Shown here one piece after another: positions 56,243 to 64,000 of a DNA stretch of 64,000 nucleotides (positions are counted from its first letter, which is position 1; the number at the start of each line of letters is the position of its first letter). Where the stretch lies: positions 1,555-65,554 of IMG/VR virus record IMGVR_UViG_3300032213_001264; one strand, given 5' to 3'. Source of the DNA: a virus (Duplodnaviria; Caudoviricetes). The notes under the pieces were generated by a model. The model saw nothing but the letters and a program-made list of their open reading frames with translations, was not told the origin of the DNA and did no database searches. Made by a program: the position numbers and the translations under genes.

Positions 56243-56455
56243 ATGAAAACAGAAGAAACAGTAACACGAGTATTGCTAGCACTTGGAGTAATAGCTCTAT
56301 TAGGCATCTTATTAGGTTTACCATTACAGTTATTATGGAATTGGTTAATGCCAACCATATTCAACCTGCCGACCATAACATTTTGGCAGGCGATGGGACT
56401 TAATATCATGGCATCTATATTATTTAAAGATAACAGTATTAAAAATGATAAGTAA
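56243..56455 (+). CDS. Small two-TM membrane protein
   Basis: LLWNWLMPTIFNLPTITFWQAMGL. Confidence 0.75.
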   Translation: MKTEETVTRVLLALGVIALLGILLGLPLQLLWNWLMPTIFNLPTITFWQAMGLNIMASILFKDNSIKNDK

Positions 56456-56660
56456 GAAGTATTGTAAAGTGTGTAACGTAGAGATCCACCCAAAAAGGGT
56501 GGCTCTTGGTTATTCAACAACATGTGTTAATCACAGCACAGCAGAGAGATTCACAGGCCACTTAGTGGTAGATGGCAAGACAGATTATTCAATACAGATA
56601 ATCAAAGATCCTGAGGTAGGCAAGAAGCTCAAACAACTGGCTCAGGCTTCAATAGGCTAA
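56445..56660 (+). CDS. Zinc-finger protein (DksA/TraR C4-like)
   Basis: CKVCNVEIHPKRVALG..TCVNH. Confidence 0.55.
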   Translation: MISKKYCKVCNVEIHPKRVALGYSTTCVNHSTAERFTGHLVVDGKTDYSIQIIKDPEVGKKLKQLAQASIG

Positions 56661-56684
56661 TATTTATTAACACAAACAAGACAC

Positions 56685-56969
56685 ATGAGCTACATAAAAC
56701 CACAAGACTATTCAAAACAAATAGCGAGTTTACTATCAGAAGGTATAGACACTGTAACTGGTATGGTAACAGAACCTACGATTGTAACAGTTAAAGAAGC
56801 AATTCAGAACCTTACCACAGAGGAAAGAGAACAGTTAGAACAATACGCTGCGTCTTTAAAGGAGATCAAAACTGAGATGAATAAGTTGATTAACAAAGGA
56901 AAGAAAGGAAAGAAGGTAGAAGAAACTGGCGGAGACATGATGAATTTGACGATGCCAACGGAAGAGTAA
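56685..56969 (+). CDS. Hypothetical protein
   Basis: 94 aa after an ATATTTAT motif. Confidence 0.7.
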   Translation: MSYIKPQDYSKQIASLLSEGIDTVTGMVTEPTIVTVKEAIQNLTTEEREQLEQYAASLKEIKTEMNKLINKGKKGKKVEETGGDMMNLTMPTEE

Positions 56970-56986
56970 TATAAACAAAAACAGTT

Positions 56987-57328
56987 ATGCAAAATTTAGT
57001 TTTCGGTATCCTATACGGGATCCTCGGTCAAGTAGGATCGTTCGTACAATTACAAGCAGCACTAAAATATGGGTGGTACCCTAAGTACACAGTGCCTTTA
57101 CTACTAATGGCAGTTCCCTTAAGTTGGTTCTACGTTAAATCAGTGCAGTACTTTATCAATGCATTCGATGGATCTATTTGGGAAAGCAGACTGCTTGGTT
57201 TTTCTATAGGCATAATCATGTTTACAGTACTCAGCGCGATCATGTTTAAAGAGCCATTCACACTGAAAACTATCGTAAGTTTGCTACTCGGTTTTTTAAT
57301 AGTAGCAATTCAAGTACTTTGGAGATAG
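56987..57328 (+). CDS. Four-TM membrane protein (DMT/SMR-like)
   Basis: Four hydrophobic helices; FKEPFTLK..LLG. Confidence 0.7.
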   Translation: MQNLVFGILYGILGQVGSFVQLQAALKYGWYPKYTVPLLLMAVPLSWFYVKSVQYFINAFDGSIWESRLLGFSIGIIMFTVLSAIMFKEPFTLKTIVSLLLGFLIVAIQVLWR

Positions 57329-57364
57329 ATTTTATTAGCATTATTTATTAGATTAAATTTACTT

Positions 57365-58123
57365 ATGAAAACGGTTATAATAGGAGACGTGCACGGTAGA
57401 GATCAATGGAAACAGATCGTAGCGCAAGAGAATGACGCAGATAGATTTGTATTCTTAGGCGACTACTTCGATTCGTTTGATATTTCTGCTGTAGAACAGA
57501 TGCACAACTTTAAAGAGATTGTAGAGCTTAAAGAAACAAGCAACAAAGAAGTTATCATGCTAATAGGCAACCACGATTACCACTATTTTCCTGAGATAGG
57601 TGATAGTTCCACGTCAGGTTATCAAACAAGACTCGCTCCATCTATCAAACAATTAGTTGATGAGAGTCGTCAACATTTACAAGTTGCATATAGAATGGGT
57701 CAGTTCGTATTCAGTCACGCAGGAATCAGTAGCGAATGGTTAGATGACTTCATTCCAAGTTGGACACTTAATACAATGGTAGATCAGATCAATGACACAT
57801 TTAAGTATACACCAACAAATCTGTGCTACAGATCTTATAAGATAACAGATATAGACAATGGAATAGTGATAGGATCAGGAGGATTCGGCAATGAAACATA
57901 TCAAGGTCCTATGTGGATCAGACCTAAAGCTTTAATGGAGGCTAATAAGAAAACATTGCGTAAGAAAATTATTCAAGTGGTTGGTCACACATATCAAAAT
58001 GAGATAGACAAGGAAGGTAAGGCAACAGGCGGTAGATATTATTTCGTTGACGTACAAGAAACAAGTCAAGAGTATATGATCATTACAGATGGTCAGATAT
58101 CATTTAATAAAATAAAAAAATAA
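57365..58123 (+). CDS. Calcineurin-like metallophosphoesterase
   Basis: GDVHG, GDYFD, GNHD, HAG, GHT. Confidence 0.9.
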   Translation: MKTVIIGDVHGRDQWKQIVAQENDADRFVFLGDYFDSFDISAVEQMHNFKEIVELKETSNKEVIMLIGNHDYHYFPEIGDSSTSGYQTRLAPSIKQLVDESRQHLQVAYRMGQFVFSHAGISSEWLDDFIPSWTLNTMVDQINDTFKYTPTNLCYRSYKITDIDNGIVIGSGGFGNETYQGPMWIRPKALMEANKKTLRKKIIQVVGHTYQNEIDKEGKATGGRYYFVDVQETSQEYMIITDGQISFNKIKK

Positions 58124-58128
58124 AAGTT

Positions 58129-58395
58129 ATGCCAAACATTTTAGTACCGGTAGACACAGAGATTGACGTTGACGTAGAAGTTAACGATTTTTTAGAAGAT
58201 TGCAACACTTCAGAAATTGATGAAGTCATAGATTGGTTAAAAGAGAAAGGACACATAAAAGATACACACATAGATAGACAAGTATGTGCCACTGAATTAG
58301 AATTCATAGAAGCATTAGATAGGTTATGTACAAAATGGAATGTGTTATCTAAAGAAGAAGAGACATTTATAGTAAACTTAGCAAAAAGGTTTTAA
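58129..58395 (+). CDS. Hypothetical protein
   Basis: 88 aa, AAAAGTTATG start. Confidence 0.7.
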   Translation: MPNILVPVDTEIDVDVEVNDFLEDCNTSEIDEVIDWLKEKGHIKDTHIDRQVCATELEFIEALDRLCTKWNVLSKEEETFIVNLAKRF

Positions 58396-58398
58396 TTT

Positions 58399-58563
58399 AT
58401 GGCCTTTGTAATAGACGTAGTAGATCAAATAGAGGATATGTTTTCCAAACAGCCAGATAAAAGAAAGAAAGCAGAGCACAAAGAATGGAAGGACACCATA
58501 AATAAATTAATACAAGATTGTAATAAATTGTGTAAGTTTAAAATGTATTTCGTAATCAAATAA
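58399..58563 (+). CDS. Small hypothetical protein (not in ORF track)
   Basis: 54 aa MAFVIDVVDQIEDMF..; tight packing. Confidence 0.55.
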   Translation: MAFVIDVVDQIEDMFSKQPDKRKKAEHKEWKDTINKLIQDCNKLCKFKMYFVIK

Positions 58564-58566
58564 AAC

Positions 58567-58734
58567 ATGGACAACATGAAGTGTTTAAAAAACAAAAAAA
58601 CAGGAAACATCATTAGAGTATCTGACGTACAAGCTAGACAAATGGAAGGCAGTCAGTGGTCTTATGTATCTAAAACAGAGTGGAAATCTCAAGAGAGACC
58701 AGCTAAAAAAGAAGTTAAGAATGAAGAAGCTTAA
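58567..58734 (+). CDS. Small hypothetical protein (not in ORF track)
   Basis: 55 aa MDNMKCLKNKKTGNIIRVSD..WSYVSKTEWK. Confidence 0.6.
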   Translation: MDNMKCLKNKKTGNIIRVSDVQARQMEGSQWSYVSKTEWKSQERPAKKEVKNEEA

Positions 58735-59059
58735 ACAAATTTGGCATGAGATCATCGAGAGATGGTTCTTGCTTACATTCTATGCTGAAAGAATGGAAAG
58801 AGAGAGACTGCAAGTATTAGCTGAACTCGTAAAAAGAAAGGACACTTTATGGAAGAATATTCCTGTAAAACCGAGAACTCTCAAAGAGATTCTTACTTAT
58901 AAAGAACCTAAAAAGAAAAACATAAATGAATTAGTGGAAGAATACGAGAAAAAAAGTCCAGTAATTCAAGACGCTCTATACGAAGCATTAAAAAATATTC
59001 AACAAAAAGAAAAAGACAATGGCAACAGCGAAAAAACCATCAACAAAAAGAGCAACTAA
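58721..59059 (+). CDS. Hypothetical protein
   Basis: Likely start MKKLKQIW at 58721. Confidence 0.62.
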   Translation: MKKLKQIWHEIIERWFLLTFYAERMERERLQVLAELVKRKDTLWKNIPVKPRTLKEILTYKEPKKKNINELVEEYEKKSPVIQDALYEALKNIQQKEKDNGNSEKTINKKSN

Positions 59060-59267
59060 AAAAGCAGAACCTATCGAAGCCAACGTTATTAATATGGGTC
59101 AGACTAAAGAACCTATTTGGTATCCTATAGATTGGGAAAAAGTAAAGACCATAGAAGACGTAAAGGTTATCTTAGAAAACATGGGTTTAGGATGCTACGA
59201 TAATGCACCGGCTTATGAGGTTCTAAAGAAGTATTGCTTTAGTAGATACGTTAAAATAGTTCAGTAA
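59019..59267 (+). CDS. Hypothetical protein
   Basis: 82 aa, basic N-terminus. Confidence 0.65.
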   Translation: MATAKKPSTKRATKKAEPIEANVINMGQTKEPIWYPIDWEKVKTIEDVKVILENMGLGCYDNAPAYEVLKKYCFSRYVKIVQ

Positions 59268-59485
59268 TGACTAAGGAAGAAGCCCAATTCGTCAATAAAC
59301 TATGTGAAAGCAACTCTACAACATGGACGAAGTTACACATAGAATATCAAAAGAAGTTCGTTGATCCATCTCTGTGGTATCAATCTCCTTCAGGCTACCA
59401 AAAAGATATGCCACTACCACACGGAAATCAAATAGATGGTAGTGAATTATGTAAAGAAGCCGAAAAGATATTAAATAAAATATAG
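59267..59485 (+). CDS. Hypothetical protein
   Basis: 72 aa, TAATG coupling. Confidence 0.65.
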   Translation: MTKEEAQFVNKLCESNSTTWTKLHIEYQKKFVDPSLWYQSPSGYQKDMPLPHGNQIDGSELCKEAEKILNKI

Positions 59486-59612
59486 AAGTTATGTTGTATA
59501 TTGCAATAGGATTGATCGGTACGTGGATATGGATAGCTTACGAAATTAAGAATGCTCCTTACTACGATGAAGATACCGATACATTCTACAAGAAACCAAA
59601 AAAATAAAAGTT

Positions 59613-60524
59613 ATGAATTTAGGATACGCGTGCATCAATATGACCATGCAAAAACATGTTAGTACGAATAGAACAATGATGAAACGCACATTCGAAGCCA
59701 AAGGAATGGATTACGTCTCTGAATTGGCACTCCTAAATTCTAGAGATATCATTAAGATACTAGAGTGGAATAGACAACACGGAATAAAACTGTTTAGGAT
59801 ATCGTCTAGCATAATTCCATGGGGAAATAACATAGACATAACTCAACTAAAGGACTACGAAGAGATCAAGTCAGAACTAAAAAAGGCTGGAGACTTTGCC
59901 AAGTTTTGGGATATGAGAATCACGTGCCATCCCGGTCCATTCGTAGTGCTTACTTCACCAAAGGATAACGTAGTAGATAATGCAATATCGGATTTAGAAA
60001 TGCACGGCAAACTATTCGATATGATGGGTCTTTCTAAAACTCCGTACAATAAGATCAACATACACTGTAACGGAGTATACGGAGACAAGATCACCGCTAT
60101 GGATAGATTCTGCGAAAACTTTAACAGACTGTCTAGTTCAGTACGTAGTAGGTTAACAGTAGAGAACGATGACAAAGCATCTATGTACTCTGTTAAAGAT
60201 CTAATGTACATTCATAATAAGATCGGCATTCCGATTGTGTTCGATTACCATCACCACCAATTTTGTACTGGAGATATGACTGAGCAAGAAGCCTTACAGT
60301 TGGCGTCAACAACTTGGCCTAAAGACATAAAACCAATTGTACACTATTCAGAATCAAAAGCATTACATGAAAACAACATTAAAGAAAAACCTCAAGCTCA
60401 CTCAGAATATATCAATGCACTTCCCAATACTTATGAAATAGAAGTAGATATCATGTTAGAATGCAAAGCTAAAGAACTTGCCTTATTGCAAATTAGAAAA
60501 AAATATAATATTGAAATAGGTTGA
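59613..60524 (+). CDS. uvsE: UV DNA damage repair endonuclease UvsE
   Basis: LGYACIN, FRISS, HPGPF, NIH, ENDD, FDYHHH, HYS, QAHS, MLECKAKE. Confidence 0.95.
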   Translation: MNLGYACINMTMQKHVSTNRTMMKRTFEAKGMDYVSELALLNSRDIIKILEWNRQHGIKLFRISSSIIPWGNNIDITQLKDYEEIKSELKKAGDFAKFWDMRITCHPGPFVVLTSPKDNVVDNAISDLEMHGKLFDMMGLSKTPYNKINIHCNGVYGDKITAMDRFCENFNRLSSSVRSRLTVENDDKASMYSVKDLMYIHNKIGIPIVFDYHHHQFCTGDMTEQEALQLASTTWPKDIKPIVHYSESKALHENNIKEKPQAHSEYINALPNTYEIEVDIMLECKAKELALLQIRKKYNIEIG

Positions 60525-60567
60525 AGCAAAACTAAAAGAATCATATATTTATTAGTAAATAAAATGT

Positions 60568-61323
60568 ATGAAATACAATAAACAATGTTCTAAATGTCAA
60601 TCAATTCAATCATATTCAAATTTAGCAAACTATAATAGGGCTATTAAAAATAATACGCTGTGTAAAAAATGCAATGGCAAAAATGTATCAGAAGAAACTA
60701 GAAAAAAACTTAGTGAGTCTGCTATTGGTAAACCAAAAGCAAAAGAAGCCACAGCAAAAATGAGAAATAGTTTAATAAATCTATGGAAAAATAAAAGTGA
60801 AGAAGAATTAGAAGATTGGAAACACATAGTTTCAAAAATAACTTCCGAGCGTTGGAAAAAAGACGAATACAGAGCGCAAATTTCAAATAGTGTAAAACTA
60901 AATTGGGATGCTTTAGATGATAATCAGAGATCTTCTAGATTTTTAAAACAACAACAAGGAGGCGCTGGAACTTGTAAATATATAACAGTAAATGATTATA
61001 TTGTACACGGAAAATGCGAGGAAAGATACATAAAATTGTTGTATGCTTCCAATTCTGATTTACCATTTAAAATACAAAGAGTTGGAGTGAGAACACCATT
61101 TGGAATGACTTTTCCTGATTTTGAATACAATACTCATTTTGTAGAAATAAAAAGTATATATACATTCAACAAAATGATTGAAGAAAGAGAAAAAAGAGAA
61201 AATTCTCAATTAGGAAAATTAATGTGGATTATGAAAAATATTAAAGATGTAAAGATCTTAGTTGAAACCAGCATAAATAATTTTCAAGACAAAACAGAAT
61301 TAGCAATACTACCCTTTTTATAA
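60568..61323 (+). CDS. Putative homing endonuclease (zinc finger, NUMOD3-like, PD-(D/E)XK domain)
   Basis: CSKC..CKKC, SEETRKKLSES, FPDF..VEIKS; visibly AT-rich; own ATATTTAT motif. Confidence 0.65.
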   Translation: MKYNKQCSKCQSIQSYSNLANYNRAIKNNTLCKKCNGKNVSEETRKKLSESAIGKPKAKEATAKMRNSLINLWKNKSEEELEDWKHIVSKITSERWKKDEYRAQISNSVKLNWDALDDNQRSSRFLKQQQGGAGTCKYITVNDYIVHGKCEERYIKLLYASNSDLPFKIQRVGVRTPFGMTFPDFEYNTHFVEIKSIYTFNKMIEEREKRENSQLGKLMWIMKNIKDVKILVETSINNFQDKTELAILPFL

Positions 61324-61324
61324 T

Positions 61325-61567
61325 ATGGAAAATAAGATAAACGAAAAGCAACAGAAAGAATTACAGCAAACAATAGACACACTCAAGAAAACCTTAGGAG
61401 ATCTTGATGGTATGACTAGTCTATTAGAAGATATGAAGAACATATCCGAGAAACTAAAATTCTTAGACGATATAGACGAGAACTCCGATCCCGAAGAGGC
61501 ACTAAACAAGATGAAAGAAGTGTTCGAACAAGAAGACAAGCCAGAGGAGGGAGAAGGTTTAAGTTAA
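61325..61567 (+). CDS. Acidic coiled-coil hypothetical protein
   Basis: 80 aa ORF. Confidence 0.65.
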   Translation: MENKINEKQQKELQQTIDTLKKTLGDLDGMTSLLEDMKNISEKLKFLDDIDENSDPEEALNKMKEVFEQEDKPEEGEGLS

Positions 61568-61581
61568 CATATTTATCCTAG

Positions 61582-62916
61582 ATGGCAGATAGACCTAGAC
61601 TAAATATAACATCTAAACAGAAATTTGATTTAAAAAATGCGATTGCAGATTCTCAATCCAATCAAGGTGGCAACGTAAGCTTTATAGAGCCCGGATTGAA
61701 GACAGTTGGTATACCTTCAGCAACTCCTTCTGTATCGGTAACTCCTTCATTGACACCTAGCATCTCTGTAACGCCATCTATATCAGTTACTCCGAGCGTA
61801 TCCATTACTCCTAGTGTATCTAAGACTCCTTCGCTTTCTGTAACTCCAAGTATCTCTGTTACACCTAGCATAACTATATCTTCTACTCCTTCTGTAAGTA
61901 TTAGCGCAACACCATCCATAAGCGTAACTCCTTCTATAACTGTATCTACCACACCTTCTGTAACCGTAAGTAAAACACCGAGTATATCTGTTACGCCTTC
62001 TGTGACGGTATCCTCTACTCCATCGATATCAATTACACCTAGCATATCTATCACACGTACGCCTAGTATATCGATAACTCCATCAATAACAACTAGTACT
62101 ACTCCGTCTATTTCTATTACGCCTAGCATATCTGTAACACCATCAGTGTCAATAACCCCAAGTACGTCAGCGACACCAAGTATTACTATAACGCCTTCAC
62201 CAACTCCTAGCATAACTCCTTCTTCTAGTGGATCTGGTGGAATTGTAACTTCAGGACTGGTATTCAACCTAGCATCAGCACCAACTTCAGGACCAACATG
62301 GACTGATGCAACTGGTAATGGATACAACGCAACATTGAATGGAGCTTCTTCTTATACATCTTCATTCTCAGGCGGTATACAATTAGCAAACGCCAATAAT
62401 TACTCAGAAGAAACTGGATATATTAGTGTGCCTTATAATATTACTAGTAGTGCAGTAACAGTAGAAATGGTTGCTTCGTTCAATCCTACTGATTATTGGG
62501 GAGCAATATGGGGTAATGAAGTTTACGACTCTGGCTCTGGCTACTTCGCTTACATGGATAGTGCAACATCAATAAATTATGGTAAGTCAACTTCTGAATC
62601 CTCAGAAACTGTAACGGCTAGCGATGCAGTAAGACATTGGGTATTTGTTATAAATGGAACTAGTCATAGCTTGTATTTAAATGGTAGTCAAGTTGGTACT
62701 ACAGACACAGTGAGTATTCAAACTCTATTCGCATCTAATAATTTCTATTTTGGTGCAAGACACACTAATGCAGGTACAGGATTCACAGACGTATTGAATA
62801 ACTCTACAGCGGCATTCTACCCAGCATTTTATCAAATGCGTGTATACGGTAGAGGATTATCGTCAGGAGAAATCACTCAAAACTTTAATGCAATAAAGGG
62901 AACTTACGGACTTTAG
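61582..62916 (+). CDS. Ser/Thr/Pro-repeat (mucin-like) protein with C-terminal LamG/concanavalin-like domain; probable virion protein
   Basis: TPS(I/V)(S/T)(V/I) repeats; IVTSGLVFNL, WTDATGNGYNATL, LYLNG, RVYGRGLSSGEITQNFNA. Confidence 0.8.
   Translation: MADRPRLNITSKQKFDLKNAIADSQSNQGGNVSFIEPGLKTVGIPSATPSVSVTPSLTPSISVTPSISVTPSVSITPSVSKTPSLSVTPSISVTPSITISSTPSVSISATPSISVTPSITVSTTPSVTVSKTPSISVTPSVTVSSTPSISITPSISITRTPSISITPSITTSTTPSISITPSISVTPSVSITPSTSATPSITITPSPTPSITPSSSGSGGIVTSGLVFNLASAPTSGPTWTDATGNGYNATLNGASSYTSSFSGGIQLANANNYSEETGYISVPYNITSSAVTVEMVASFNPTDYWGAIWGNEVYDSGSGYFAYMDSATSINYGKSTSESSETVTASDAVRHWVFVINGTSHSLYLNGSQVGTTDTVSIQTLFASNNFYFGARHTNAGTGFTDVLNNSTAAFYPAFYQMRVYGRGLSSGEITQNFNAIKGTYGL
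61711..62223 (+). repeat. Degenerate coding tandem repeat (mostly 18 nt / 6 aa, some 24 nt / 8 aa units)
   Basis: More than 20 TPS-containing units with synonymous divergence. Confidence 0.85.
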
Positions 62917-63107
62917 ACTTTAATTTTACAGACAAAATAGGATTTAGTATATTTGATCTATGACTAAGAGTAAGATTTTAGAACAGATCAGATACTGGAA
63001 AGATGTATTCCAACCTGTAAATAACATGGGTAAGTGGTACGCGTCAATAAGAATACAGAAACTGACCGAGCAATTAGAGCGACGCAATAAGAAATTAAGC
63101 AAGAAGA

Positions 63108-63323
63108 ATGACAAATAGAAGAGACTTCCTTAAGTCAAGCTTGTTCTCCGCTATCGCACTCGCGCTCCCGATCAGTGCCAAACCCGAGAGCCTAGTAAAT
63201 ACAAAGGTCGAACCCGATAGAGTGTTCATGACTAACGGAGTAGAGAGAATGAGAATATCTAGTTACGGTACAGTAGGAATAGGAACCATCGCACCACCAT
63301 ACGAATTAAAACTAAGCATATAA
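63108..63323 (+). CDS. Small protein with twin-arginine-like N-terminus
   Basis: MTNRRDFLK; TNGVERMRISSYGTVGIGT tail-fibre-like repeat. Confidence 0.55.
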   Translation: MTNRRDFLKSSLFSAIALALPISAKPESLVNTKVEPDRVFMTNGVERMRISSYGTVGIGTIAPPYELKLSI

Positions 63324-63721
63324 TGGAAGAAATAAACATTCAGGAGTGGGACAACTTACAACCCGACCCGATAAGCGACAAAACAAAAGTAGAATTAGCC
63401 TTAATAGATCTATACAATAGACTAGCTATTCAGATCCCGACCAACCATCAAGCCATATTGGACGAGTTAGCAGAAAAGTTATTATCGCCAGAAGCCTCAC
63501 TCACAGTCAAACAAGTTGACAGTTCGTTGGATGCTTCGATTAGCGAGACTAAACTTAGAGTGCAAGCGAACAGTCCGTACAACGATGGGTGGACCAAAGA
63601 GTTCTACGAGAAAGAGTTAAAGAGATACAACACCGGAGCCAAAGAGTGGCCCGCACCACGCACCGAAGAGGAGCAGAGTTACATGTACAATTGGATACGC
63701 GAGAAGAGTGGTAAGAAGTAG
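63323..63721 (+). CDS. Hypothetical protein
   Basis: 132 aa, TAATG coupling. Confidence 0.65.
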   Translation: MEEINIQEWDNLQPDPISDKTKVELALIDLYNRLAIQIPTNHQAILDELAEKLLSPEASLTVKQVDSSLDASISETKLRVQANSPYNDGWTKEFYEKELKRYNTGAKEWPAPRTEEEQSYMYNWIREKSGKK

Positions 63722-63790
63722 CACAAAAGAAATAGATTTTTCAAAGAGGACGAAATAGAGTATATTTGACTATAAACAACAACTAGAGTT

Positions 63791-64000
63791 ATGAAATACA
63801 GAAACAGGTACGAAAAGAACCCATTGTCGTTGATCGACGGTGGAAGCCGCATCAAGATCACATTCAAGAACGGAATAGAAAGAGAGTACGAGAACGTTAA
63901 GGACGTGTCGGCTTACGTGGCGAAAGTGTTAAGAGAAAGCGACTACATGATCAACAAGATCGAGATGGAAAAGGAAGTGGTTAAAAAAGAGTGGCAGACC
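63791..64000 (+). CDS. Hypothetical protein, runs off the window end
   Basis: GAGTTATG start, MKYRNRYEKNPLSLIDGG.. open to the end. Confidence 0.55.
   Translation, partial: MKYRNRYEKNPLSLIDGGSRIKITFKNGIEREYENVKDVSAYVAKVLRESDYMINKIEMEKEVVKKEWQT

Noticed and set aside
61711-62223. Diversity-generating retroelement or DNA-level VNTR
   Set aside because: No reverse transcriptase or TR/VR pair with adenine-specific differences; repeat units are diverged at synonymous sites
61662-62327. 221-aa minus-strand GV-repeat ORF
   Set aside because: Antisense shadow of the TPS repeat
1-64000. Alternative genetic code (TAG/TGA reassignment, known in some large phages)
   Set aside because: Recognisable genes are full length in code 11, TAG and TGA terminate genes at expected ends, and no suppressor tRNA is seen
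1-64000. Minus-strand and nested ORFs in the six-frame track
   Set aside because: They overlap well-supported + strand genes or RNAs and lack motifs; treated as shadow ORFs

Overview
AT-rich, densely coding window with essentially every real gene on the + strand. It reads as part of a large (jumbo-type) dsDNA bacteriophage genome, most likely infecting a Bacteroidota host. The host inference rests on SD-less, A-rich AAAGTTATG translation starts, a tmRNA tag ending YALAA, and T9SS-like domains. In order, the window holds: the C-terminal part of a family A DNA polymerase; iscU/iscA, hsp20, groES/groEL; a nucleotide/DNA-modification cluster (SGNH-like protein, PLP enzyme, dUTPase, dCMP deaminase, thymidylate-synthase-family enzyme with the cytosine-specifying Asp); a ~9 kb module of exported proteins (cohesin/dockerin-like, C-type lectin, T9SS-CTD-like lipoproteins, CsgG-like protein, beta-barrel); a tmRNA plus a ~1 kb ncRNA island (3 tRNAs, one aberrant tRNA-like RNA, a tandem pair of unrecognised structured RNAs); a PD-(D/E)XK exonuclease; a ~17 kb sugar-nucleotide/glycosyltransferase cluster with an HNH insertion; two blocks of small hypothetical genes behind shared repeat-bearing intergenic regions; uvsE; and a mucin-like LamG protein. 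The most unusual observations are the exported-protein module, the candidate cytosine hypermodification pathway, the tandem ncRNA motif, and two genes that carry a Shine-Dalgarno sequence and are each enclosed by their own inverted repeat. All family assignments come from motif recognition by eye; no database search was run.
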